Notes: generated from the letters alone by a model not told the origin. A DNA stretch of 32,000 bases from Candidatus Saccharimonadota bacterium (GCA_039920285.1 JBDSDX010000001.1:660001-692000), one strand, 5' to 3'; shown: positions 19,027-26,214, counted from the stretch's first letter. Program-made: numbers and translations.

Positions 19027-19152
19027 ACATAACCTCTGTTATTTGATAGAGTAGGGCAGACCTCGCTTTGCGAGTCCCATCTCTTCGAGATGAGGACCGC
19101 TTGATTCGGAAATGAAAATAAGCAAGCTCATTTTCATTTCTCTCATCTGCGC

Positions 19153-19227
19153 GGTCCCATCGTCTAACGGTTAGGACACCAGGTTCTCATCCTGACAATC
19201 CGGGTTCGATTCCCGGTGGGATCACCA
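19153..19227 (+). tRNA. tRNA-Glu (anticodon CUC), CCA encoded
   Basis: Hand fold: acceptor GGTCCCA/TGGGATC (one G-U pair), anticodon arm CCAGG-TTCTCAT-CCTGA, T arm CCGGG-TTCGATT-CCCGG, then A-CCA. Confidence 0.9.
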
Positions 19228-19267
19228 AAGTAAATGCCTCATCCAACGGATGGGGTTTTTACTTTGG
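19225..19267 (+). terminator. Long hairpin directly after tRNA-Glu
   Basis: CCAAAGTAAA (19225-19234) pairs perfectly with TTTACTTTGG (19258-19267). There is an inner GCCTCATCC/GGATGGGGT stem. Confidence 0.6.
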
Positions 19268-19294
19268 TTGGTTTCGTCAGAACCCGAAGCCGGA

Positions 19295-19379
19295 GGGTTC
19301 GATAACGAGGAGCTAGACAGAAAAGTTTACTTTTCTGAATACGACGATGGTATATCTTGATATTCCCGGTGGGATCACC
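19295..19379 (+). repeat. Split duplicate of the tRNA-Glu 3' end (possible att-type integration scar)
   Basis: GGGTTCGAT (19295-19303) repeats tRNA 19202-19210. ATTCCCGGTGGGATCACC (19362-19379) repeats tRNA 19209-19226 exactly (18/18). The two pieces are separated by 58 nt that contain a CAGAAAAG/CTTTTCTG hairpin. Confidence 0.7.
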
Positions 19380-19515
19380 GAAGCTGGATAATAGATATAG
19401 ATTCATCACAAACGATGAGTCTCTATTCTCCTTTATCTGTTAAATGGTTTGGCTCCTATCTACTTATACCCGTATCTAGCCAGTAAGTAGAAAGGTTGTC
19501 AAAATATAATCAACT

Positions 19516-19614
19516 ATGAAGTCCGCAACATTCAATGTTTTAGCAGACGCATACACCATTCACAGTGATTGTAGTTATGCTAATCCAGACTCGAAGCATA
19601 TCACTACCAGATAA
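19516..19614 (+). pseudogene. Possible N-terminal remnant of an endonuclease/exonuclease/phosphatase (EEP)-family gene
   Basis: A 32-codon ORF, MKSATFNVLADAYTIHSDCSYANPDSKHITTR*. The MK-x-x-TFNVLAD-x-Y opening is typical of EEP-family proteins, but the ORF stops after 32 codons. Confidence 0.25.
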
Positions 19615-19686
19615 TCTTAAGGCAGAGCTACTTAGGGCTTCTAAACAACTACCCGTGAATAATGTTAGTATAAATGGGACATACCT

Positions 19687-20145
19687 ATGAAAAACCTACT
19701 TAGATGGATTATAGATACTTTTCAAAATCGAGGATTACCGGGCGTACTGGTATGTTTATTTAAAAAGGATCAAAACGCAGAGTTAGAATTGCTACTTGTC
19801 AGATCAACGACGTCGCCTCATTTCTTTCATTTTCCAAGTGGATTTATAAATCCGTTAGAAGATCCTCTCAATGCAGCGCTCAGAGAGCTAGAAGAAGAGA
19901 CCTCGATTGCCCTAGATTCGCTTATTACAACGCCTTACAAGCATAGTTTCACTTACCCGATGGTTCCATTCCATCCTCGCAGCGTTCAGCGGTTATATGT
20001 GAGCGAAGTTTCGCCTGGCACATCGTCCAAACCAGATCATGAAATTATTGAATCCCGATGGTGCAGTATAACGGAAGCGAAGAAACTGGTCTATCCAGAA
20101 TTAAATATCATTATCGACCAAGCTCTTTTATCTATTGCAAAATAA
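19687..20145 (+). CDS. Nudix hydrolase
   Basis: Nudix box SGFINPLEDPLNAALRELEEETSI. GC is low relative to core genes. Confidence 0.75.
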   Translation: MKNLLRWIIDTFQNRGLPGVLVCLFKKDQNAELELLLVRSTTSPHFFHFPSGFINPLEDPLNAALRELEEETSIALDSLITTPYKHSFTYPMVPFHPRSVQRLYVSEVSPGTSSKPDHEIIESRWCSITEAKKLVYPELNIIIDQALLSIAK

Positions 20146-20155
20146 GGTTCGGTAG

Positions 20156-21112
20156 CTAATAGTTAGTGTTTATCTTTTGCATGACACTATCATGATACTG
20201 CTCCCACCTGTGATAGGGGAGCATCAGACCCATCTTCAAAAGACTTTTTTCTGAATCACGCACCGTGAGAAAACGACGCGTGTCCGAAGGGTCTACAGTA
20301 TAAGCCGATTGCACATCGTAAACCAGTTCATAAAAGTTTCGACGACGACTAGTCTCAATTATATAGCCTGTCTGATTGGCTTGATAACCTAAGATATAAC
20401 ATTTAGTCGCAAGTTCCTGGATCTCCTTGATACCGCACGACCCGTCTTTATTGAGCGGCTGTGTCATTCCACCTGCGGCACAATAGGCTTCAATCTCAAA
20501 GGCGCAATTCGGTCCACAGAGCTTCATAGACCATGGATGTTGGTACGACTGCTTAATATGCTCTTTAGCAATGGATAAAAAGTAATCGGTTACGCCATAT
20601 ATTCCCTGAATCCGGGTATCAATTTCTTTAGATGCAGAGTGTGCACCTGATAATAACCCTATGAAATCTTGTTTCTGATAACGCAGAAAAGACTCAACCC
20701 AATCTACATGAGGGCGAGCATCGCTATCGGTAGTAATAAGGTAGTACGGGTTGGATAGTTTTTCTGGTGTTAGCTCCAACCGAGAAACAACTGCGTCCAT
20801 CCCTCTCTTTCTTGCATTTCCTGGACCGGGCTTTTCTTCAGCAATAAGCAATATAGGTATTTCGCTGGTCAGGCAAAAATCTTCAACAATATCCAATGTA
20901 GCATCCGTACTGCCATTATCTACAATAATAATTTCAAAACATCTCGAAGTCTGCAAGCTGAGACAATCAAGCAATGCTCCAACTGTGGACTCCTCATTAT
21001 ACGTTGGGATAATTACGCTCATAACAACATCCCGTGCGATCATCTGTGCATCACTCTCCAGACGTAACTGACGAGCATAATTATATATAATCTGACTCCT
21101 ACTCTTTTTCAC
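20156..21112 (-). CDS. GT2 family glycosyltransferase
   Basis: VIIPTYNEE, VDNGSTDAT and a TTDSDA (DxD) motif. The track start is a GTG that overlaps the upstream stop (GTGA, 21109-21112). The alternative ATG at 21043 (MIARDVVMSVIIPTYN) is also plausible. Confidence 0.85.
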   Translation of the reverse strand: MKKSRSQIIYNYARQLRLESDAQMIARDVVMSVIIPTYNEESTVGALLDCLSLQTSRCFEIIIVDNGSTDATLDIVEDFCLTSEIPILLIAEEKPGPGNARKRGMDAVVSRLELTPEKLSNPYYLITTDSDARPHVDWVESFLRYQKQDFIGLLSGAHSASKEIDTRIQGIYGVTDYFLSIAKEHIKQSYQHPWSMKLCGPNCAFEIEAYCAAGGMTQPLNKDGSCGIKEIQELATKCYILGYQANQTGYIIETSRRRNFYELVYDVQSAYTVDPSDTRRFLTVRDSEKSLLKMGLMLPYHRWEQYHDSVMQKINTNY

Positions 21113-22161
21113 GCAGTCGAATCTCTAACTAGGTCCTCAAGGTGACCTATCTTATACTCGATCCAAGTGTCGAAGGTTTTTGTATGAACACCACCCTGAA
21201 TAGCTCTATGGTAATGTTCATATGCCGACTCATACGTTGCAATAACAAGGCCGTAAGTACTCCCAAATACTCCTGTCCTTTCTATTAATAACTCCATCTG
21301 CATCTGATCAAAATCGTCAAACGATTGTTTGTTAAAAAGTGTCATGAATGTCTTCGTCTCATCTTCGTTACATGCAGACAGCATCTGCTTCAACGCAATC
21401 GTTGGCGTGCCACTACGCATATCCGAGTAGTTTTCCCGCAGCCATCGAGAACTCGTGTGAAGATCTCTCAGGTCATTCAATATCTGTCCAGCACGATTTA
21501 TTTCATATAAACCCATAATAGCCTCACGTTGTGTCTCCACAGGGACGTTAGGTTGCAGAGCTGTCACTAGCCGCACAGGTAGCTCGACATGAAACTCTGC
21601 CCGTTTGTCATAATTTGTAGTAAATTGTTCAAATGAAGAATCTAGCTGCATAGCCTTAAGTTCATCGAGTGATGAAACGCCTCGATATACCGCCTCGAGT
21701 GCATATATAGACAAAGCTGAGCCAAAATGCTCATCAATATAGCTAATAGTGGCATCTAAGCCTGCTTGCGCGGAGATGAGTGTCTCGTCTTTTCCGAACT
21801 GCACCCAAGACGTTTTTCTTCCAGCCCGCTCCTCGTCACCATCATACATATCGTCGTACATCAACGAAAGTGCCCACAGCATATCTACTGTGGCCGCAAT
21901 CGAGGCAGCCGACTGCTTATCGAGACCAGCATTAAAAGCAAACTCAGCTGCATACATTGGCTTCTCCTTTGTAACATGAGTCTCCAGCGCAAGCAGCAGA
22001 GGCCCTCGTCGTTCTTCTGGAACCCTATTGGAGATTCCAACTAACTCATCCATACCACCAATAGCTTCATAATCATAATAAAGCCCCCTAACTGTCGGCT
22101 CAGCAATCCTCTCACCGATTCTCGCTTTCAGCTCACCATTGTTTCCAAAGGATTTTTCCAT
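21109..22161 (-). CDS. Polyprenyl-synthase-like (trans-isoprenyl diphosphate synthase fold) protein
   Basis: The first Asp-rich motif is LSLMYDDMYDGDEERAGRKTSW (DDxxD followed by R-x-G). The second motif position reads GQILNDLRD (NDxxD instead of DDxxD), followed by DMRSGTPTIAL. I prefer ATG 22161 (MEKSFG) to the track start at 22320, whose extra 53 codons are AT-rich and lie in the divergent promoter region. Confidence 0.6.
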   Translation of the reverse strand: MEKSFGNNGELKARIGERIAEPTVRGLYYDYEAIGGMDELVGISNRVPEERRGPLLLALETHVTKEKPMYAAEFAFNAGLDKQSAASIAATVDMLWALSLMYDDMYDGDEERAGRKTSWVQFGKDETLISAQAGLDATISYIDEHFGSALSIYALEAVYRGVSSLDELKAMQLDSSFEQFTTNYDKRAEFHVELPVRLVTALQPNVPVETQREAIMGLYEINRAGQILNDLRDLHTSSRWLRENYSDMRSGTPTIALKQMLSACNEDETKTFMTLFNKQSFDDFDQMQMELLIERTGVFGSTYGLVIATYESAYEHYHRAIQGGVHTKTFDTWIEYKIGHLEDLVRDSTA

Positions 22162-22311
22162 ATTGACATAATACACCTTGTATATAATAATATCAATATT
22201 GGAGTGGTCCACCACACACACTTGAAGCAAGCTTGTTCTAAAAGCTTGCTTTTTATATTTAATGGTCATGCTAAGATAATACTGAATCGTCAAACTATGG
22301 AGATGTATAAT

Positions 22312-22581
22312 ATGGTTCATACAAAACCTATCCTCAGTATAAAACCTGGTAAATTCGCCGAATTCTGTGGATGGTATGGAATGATCGCCCTTATTTTTGC
22401 CTACTTCTTAGTGAGCTTCTCGTGGACATCGGGCGATGGGATAGTTTACCAGGTACTAAATCTCACTGGTGGTATTGGGTTACTTATCGTTGCCGCATCT
22501 AAGCGTGTTGTTCAATCGGTCATACTAAACTTTTTTTGGGCATTCATCGGCGTTATCGCTATTGTGCGAATATTTTTATAG
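22312..22581 (+). CDS. Small three-TM membrane protein (about 89 aa)
   Basis: Three hydrophobic segments (GMIALIFAYFLVSF, LTGGIGLLIVAA, ILNFFWAFIGVIAIV). The ATG at 22312 lies 9 nt after GGAG. The track start at 22204 overlaps the divergent gene. Confidence 0.55.
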   Translation: MVHTKPILSIKPGKFAEFCGWYGMIALIFAYFLVSFSWTSGDGIVYQVLNLTGGIGLLIVAASKRVVQSVILNFFWAFIGVIAIVRIFL

Positions 22582-22650
22582 GGAGTGGCTCATTCCATCG
22601 AACGATTTCCTCCACCATTAGGTTATAAATTGAAGGCTCAAGGATCACCA

Positions 22651-22689
22651 AAGAAATAGCTCAAGGCATTACGCTTTGAGCTATTTCTT
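22651..22689 (+). terminator. Hairpin terminator module (AAGAAATAGCTCAA / TTGAGCTATTTCTT)
   Basis: Perfect 14-bp stem (22651-22664 with 22676-22689), followed by a T-rich tail. Confidence 0.65.
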
Positions 22690-22708
22690 ATGTGATAATA
22701 TAAAAACA

Positions 22709-23179
22709 ATGAGTTCTAATACGATACCCACCAAATCTACTCCACAAAAATACCTCGGCTATTGGCGCAAGAACTACTTATTCGGCATTGCCCGCCCTGG
22801 TGCCTTGTATTTTGATGGTACAAATTTTACGTGTTATGACAATAAGCTTCAATCAGTCTTTAGTGCACCGCTCAAATCCGTCACTATCAAAAAAGGTGCT
22901 GGAGTCTTCAATGTTTTGATTGATGGTGTTCAGACGAGCATTCTGACGTACAGAGGTGGTGGTATCTCCCCAACACCAAGCAAGCAACTACTTGCATTTA
23001 TGGAACAGTCGACAAGCGGTGCATACAAGAACGATCTTCCAATCATAGCCACCGGAGTCTCCACGTTGGTTTCTCCCGTGCTTGGTGCAGCCGTGGATGT
23101 CGTCGCAATAGCTGATTATGTAAAAGGCCAGAAGACACTCGGTCAATTCTTGCAATCTATCGGGTTACTCCCAGCTTAA
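22709..23179 (+). CDS. Hypothetical protein
   Basis: Track ORF trimmed to ATG 22709, because the track start TTG 22676 lies inside the terminator stem. No family recognised. Confidence 0.5.
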   Translation: MSSNTIPTKSTPQKYLGYWRKNYLFGIARPGALYFDGTNFTCYDNKLQSVFSAPLKSVTIKKGAGVFNVLIDGVQTSILTYRGGGISPTPSKQLLAFMEQSTSGAYKNDLPIIATGVSTLVSPVLGAAVDVVAIADYVKGQKTLGQFLQSIGLLPA

Positions 23180-23202
23180 TTACATTAATCAGGTCACCAA
23201 AG

Positions 23203-23233
23203 AAAATAGCTTGCCATTGTTGTGAGCTATTTT
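23203..23233 (+). terminator. Hairpin terminator module related to 22651-22689
   Basis: AAAATAGCT (23203-23211) pairs with AGCTATTTT (23225-23233). It is preceded by GGTCACCAAAG, similar to GGATCACCAAAG at 22642. Confidence 0.55.
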
Positions 23234-23256
23234 ATACTCTCAATAACTTATGAATA

Positions 23257-23285
23257 TTGCTTATTTTTGTAAAATATGCTATAAT
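23257..23285 (+). promoter_or_regulatory. Sigma-70-type promoter with extended -10 for the high-GC cassette
   Basis: TTGCTT, 17 nt, then TATAAT, with TGc immediately upstream of the -10. Confidence 0.55.
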
Positions 23286-23326
23286 TACAACCGTCTTTGT
23301 TGAGGTTTCGTCCTCCAAAGTACTTT

Positions 23327-23409
23327 GACAGACAGTGAAACACAAGGTGTTAGCTGGGTTGAACGCTCGCCCGTTGAACCCACATATCACCTTGTGTTTA
23401 CGAATAACA
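23327..23409 (+). repeat. Left inverted-repeat arm (GACAGACAGT ... ACGAATAACA) split by a 63-nt hairpin
   Basis: The 10-mers at 23327-23336 and 23400-23409 are the exact reverse complements of 24056-24065 and 24045-24054. The intervening 23337-23399 folds through a perfect 12-bp stem (23338-23349 with 23388-23399) plus an inner GGGTT..AACCC stem. Confidence 0.75.
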
Positions 23410-23468
23410 CAGTATCGCCCCGAAAGGGACGGTTGGCGCCTAATGCCAGGTGAAGTTGGGACCCATCC

Positions 23469-23978
23469 ATGAAGAACCCTCTCAAGAACCGCCAGCAGTT
23501 CTCCTGCGGCACTCTCTCGACCAGCTTGCTGATCGAGAACGGCGAGCACCCGGAAGCAGTGACGCTCGGTGTGATCGACGAGGTCTGGAGCGAGTTCCAG
23601 GTCTTTTGCCAGCGCGACATCATCATGATGAGCACGACGAACCTCGACGAGGTCGTCGAGTCGAGCTACAGCCGAGTCAAGCAGTCGGTGACCCTTGAGG
23701 TCAACGGCACCAAGTTGACGATCGGCGCCACGCTGACCGTTCGCAAACCCGGCATCGAAGTCGAGATCGGTCACGACCTGGCGAGGTTGCTATTCCGTAG
23801 CCACCACCTGGTGGACACGGTCTCCCATCTCATCGAGATGGAGGTGCAGCGCGCCGGCCTCCCGGAGGACCCGTTTGGTTCCGGCATGCCGTTCGACCCG
23901 TCGAACATGCCTGAGTTCCTGCGAGATCTCATGGGCGAGCGCGGCTTCACCGTGATCGAGCTGCGTCCGCGCGGCTAA
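23469..23978 (+). CDS. Hypothetical protein, high-GC / GC3-biased (foreign-looking) gene
   Basis: Track ORF of 169 aa. Sampled 60-nt lines have 55-65% GC versus 47-48% in core genes. Third codon positions are mostly G/C. The antisense ORF 23232-23774 looks like a high-GC shadow. Confidence 0.65.
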   Translation: MKNPLKNRQQFSCGTLSTSLLIENGEHPEAVTLGVIDEVWSEFQVFCQRDIIMMSTTNLDEVVESSYSRVKQSVTLEVNGTKLTIGATLTVRKPGIEVEIGHDLARLLFRSHHLVDTVSHLIEMEVQRAGLPEDPFGSGMPFDPSNMPEFLRDLMGERGFTVIELRPRG

Positions 23979-23993
23979 CACTTGCCCTAGGGT

Positions 23994-24033
23994 GCTGCGG
24001 CTTCGGTCACAGCACCCTAGGGCATCCACACAC
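23994..24033 (+). terminator. Very stable hairpin after the high-GC ORF (no U-tract)
   Basis: GCCCTAGGGTGCTG (23994-24007) pairs perfectly with CAGCACCCTAGGGC (24020-24033). The apex contains C(TTCG)G. No T-run follows. Confidence 0.55.
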
Positions 24034-24044
24034 TTGTTATTCGT

Positions 24045-24065
24045 GACTGTCTGTCGCACCGCTTA
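24045..24065 (+). repeat. Right inverted-repeat arm (TGTTATTCGT-G-ACTGTCTGTC)
   Basis: Exact reverse complement of the two halves of the left arm, joined by a single nucleotide. Confidence 0.75.
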
Positions 24066-24189
24066 CATGAATGTATGTTCATGCTGATGAGCTGAAAACA
24101 GCGAAAAGCAAACCTCTTGCACTTACCCCCGTCATAAGTCATACTAACCACAAGTAGTTTGACCTGAAGGGTAGGGCACTATAACACCG

Positions 24190-26163
24190 TTGAGCTTGAA
24201 TCGATTCTGGCACCGCCGCATTTATGAGGTGGCTTTTTTGCTTTCGATTGCAATCGTCATATTGTTTGTCGTGCCTCTGCTTACAAACATTGCCCCGACT
24301 GGCTTGTTTAATGTCAGCCTGTGGGTTGCCGTCGGCGCCGGTATTACGGCCATCGCTAGCATCGTGTGTTATCTTGTGACACCTGAAAAACCCGGCTATC
24401 TCTATGCGCTTATTATTTATCTGTTATTCACCGCAACTGTCGGACTTTTGGTCATACAAACAGGGGGTACGAGCTCTCCGTTCATCGCCGTATGGATGCT
24501 CGTGTCGTTCTTCGCTGGTGTCTTCGCCTTCTGGGGACTTGTACCAATTGTCCTTGCTTCAGGTACCTTTATCGCTGTTGAATACCTCAGTAGTCATTTT
24601 TCAGCCGGCCTCGTGGCAGTTGTGGTGTTTACCTCGATCGTTCCTCTTATTATTAGTATGTTCGTCTGGCGCAACCAGAGTGATGACACAACATCAAAAG
24701 ACGTCAAAAATCTTGCCAATCAACTCTCAGAAGTCGCCAGTAAATCTGAAATAGTCATTAATGCCATCGGTGACGGAGTGATCGCTGTCGACGTTCAAGG
24801 TGTTATCCAACTCATCAACCCAGCCGCCCAAGAAATCCTCGGATGGGGGAAACAAGACGCACTTATGCTCAATTACAAAACAATTCTGAAATTGTCAGAT
24901 TTGAATAATAAAGAACTTGACCCATCCCAAGATCCCATCCAACAAGTGCTTAATACCAATCAAGAAGCACGGTCAAATGCCATCACCATCGTGACTAAGA
25001 CCGGGAAGAAAATCACCAGCTCAATTGTAGTTTCTCCCGTTGGTGATGCCGGTAACGGTGTGATTGCGGTGTTTCGTGATGTGACGAAAGAAAAAGCCGA
25101 AGAACGCGAACAAGCTGAATTTATTAGCACCGCCAGTCACGAAATGCGCACTCCGGTTGCCTCAATCGAAGGATATCTCGGCCTCGCTTTGAACCCAAAC
25201 ACTGCCCAAATTGACGAAAAGGCCCGCGACTTCATTATGAAAGCCCACGAAGCCGCCCAGCACCTTGGTCGTCTCTTCCAGGACCTTCTCGATGTCTCTA
25301 AGTCTGAAGATGGTCGTATGACCAACATGCAACGTGTTGTCGACATGGCAAACTTTACTGGCACTATCGTTCAAGGTCTTCAAGCCAAAGCAGCCGAAAA
25401 AGGCCTTCAGCTTGTCTATACACCGACTGAAGCAAGTGGTCAAAAGCAAATCACCCCTGTTTATTTCGTGAACCAAGATAATGACCACATCCGCGAAGTT
25501 CTCGACAACCTGATCGAAAACGCGATTAAATATACACCCACAGGCCAAGTTCTCGTTGACATCCAAGGCTCTGAAGACAAAGTCACCGTCAGTGTTAAAG
25601 ATACCGGCCTCGGCATTCCTCCTGAAGATGTCTCGCATCTTTTCCAAAAGTTCTACCGCGTCGACAACGCCGATCGTCAATCAATCGGTGGGACTGGTCT
25701 TGGACTCTATTTATCTCGTCGTTTGGCTGAAGCGATGGGCGGACGTCTCTGGGTTGAAAGTGTCTATAAAACGGGAAGTACCTTCTTTCTCGAACTTCCT
25801 CGTATTACGAGTGAAGAGGCAGACCGTTTCAAACAACAGCAAACAGCCCAAGCCCAAAAAGCCGCTGCCGACGCCTTGGTTGCCCCAGCCCCTGCTGCAC
25901 CAGAAATGCCACCAGTCATGGGACCATTACCGCCAGCTCGACCGTCTGTGTCTGGTGACATCAAGCCTGCGACCACTGTTCCAAGAGGTGAGAGTTTGAG
26001 TCGTGAACAAATTGCTGAACATGTTCGTCAACTTCAAGCAATGGCTCGTCAACAACAGCCAGTTGCTCAGCGACCAGCCGATGCAACAACACCAGCTCCT
26101 GCTGCGCCGACCCCAGTATCGACACCCGCGGCCACACCGCCAGTGCAAGCTGGACAACCGTAA
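24190..26163 (+). CDS. Polytopic PAS-containing sensor histidine kinase with Pro/Ala-rich C-terminal tail
   Basis: About 5-6 N-terminal TM segments. PAS-like region (INAIGDGVIAVD ... VFRDVT). H-box ASHEMRTPVASI, N-box LIENAIKYTP, G-boxes KDTGLGIP and GTGLGLYLSR. The tail of about 120 aa is rich in P/A/Q. The start is uncertain (TTG 24190; GTG 24229 is an alternative). Confidence 0.88.
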   Translation: MSLNRFWHRRIYEVAFLLSIAIVILFVVPLLTNIAPTGLFNVSLWVAVGAGITAIASIVCYLVTPEKPGYLYALIIYLLFTATVGLLVIQTGGTSSPFIAVWMLVSFFAGVFAFWGLVPIVLASGTFIAVEYLSSHFSAGLVAVVVFTSIVPLIISMFVWRNQSDDTTSKDVKNLANQLSEVASKSEIVINAIGDGVIAVDVQGVIQLINPAAQEILGWGKQDALMLNYKTILKLSDLNNKELDPSQDPIQQVLNTNQEARSNAITIVTKTGKKITSSIVVSPVGDAGNGVIAVFRDVTKEKAEEREQAEFISTASHEMRTPVASIEGYLGLALNPNTAQIDEKARDFIMKAHEAAQHLGRLFQDLLDVSKSEDGRMTNMQRVVDMANFTGTIVQGLQAKAAEKGLQLVYTPTEASGQKQITPVYFVNQDNDHIREVLDNLIENAIKYTPTGQVLVDIQGSEDKVTVSVKDTGLGIPPEDVSHLFQKFYRVDNADRQSIGGTGLGLYLSRRLAEAMGGRLWVESVYKTGSTFFLELPRITSEEADRFKQQQTAQAQKAAADALVAPAPAAPEMPPVMGPLPPARPSVSGDIKPATTVPRGESLSREQIAEHVRQLQAMARQQQPVAQRPADATTPAPAAPTPVSTPAATPPVQAGQP

Positions 26164-26214
26164 GCACAAGCACTATAGTATTTTTAACAAGCATTAGATA
26201 GAATAAGGGTGAAT

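Noticed and set aside
19071-19150. A second tRNA gene upstream of tRNA-Glu
   Set aside because: Only the GTCCCATC...AGGAC portion resembles a tRNA. No anticodon arm, T arm or matching acceptor 3' strand could be folded.
22162-22320. 53-codon N-terminal extension of the polyprenyl-synthase-like ORF, and the 22204 start of the small membrane ORF
   Set aside because: The two extensions overlap each other on opposite strands in an AT-rich divergent promoter region. The internal ATGs (22161 on the minus strand, 22312 on the plus strand with GGAG) are more plausible.
23232-23774. 180-aa minus-strand ORF, plus 23387-23635 and 23790-24059 (minus) and 23450-23698 (plus)
   Set aside because: These are shadow ORFs of the high-GC gene. 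The plus-strand ORF 23469-23978 carries the GC3 bias. The antisense ORF runs into the AT-rich promoter and leader and has an Arg/Ala/Leu/Asp-rich composition typical of such artefacts.
23985-24065. Integron attC-site interpretation of the hairpin after the high-GC ORF
   Set aside because: The flanking sequences do not fit the RYYYAAC / GTTRRRY core sites. GGCTAAC has a mismatch and GTTATTC does not fit. No integron integrase or cassette array is present.
23327-24065. Retron (msr-msd) interpretation of the inverted repeats and structured leader
   Set aside because: No reverse transcriptase gene is present in or next to the unit. The repeats enclose a whole 169-codon ORF rather than a short ncRNA.
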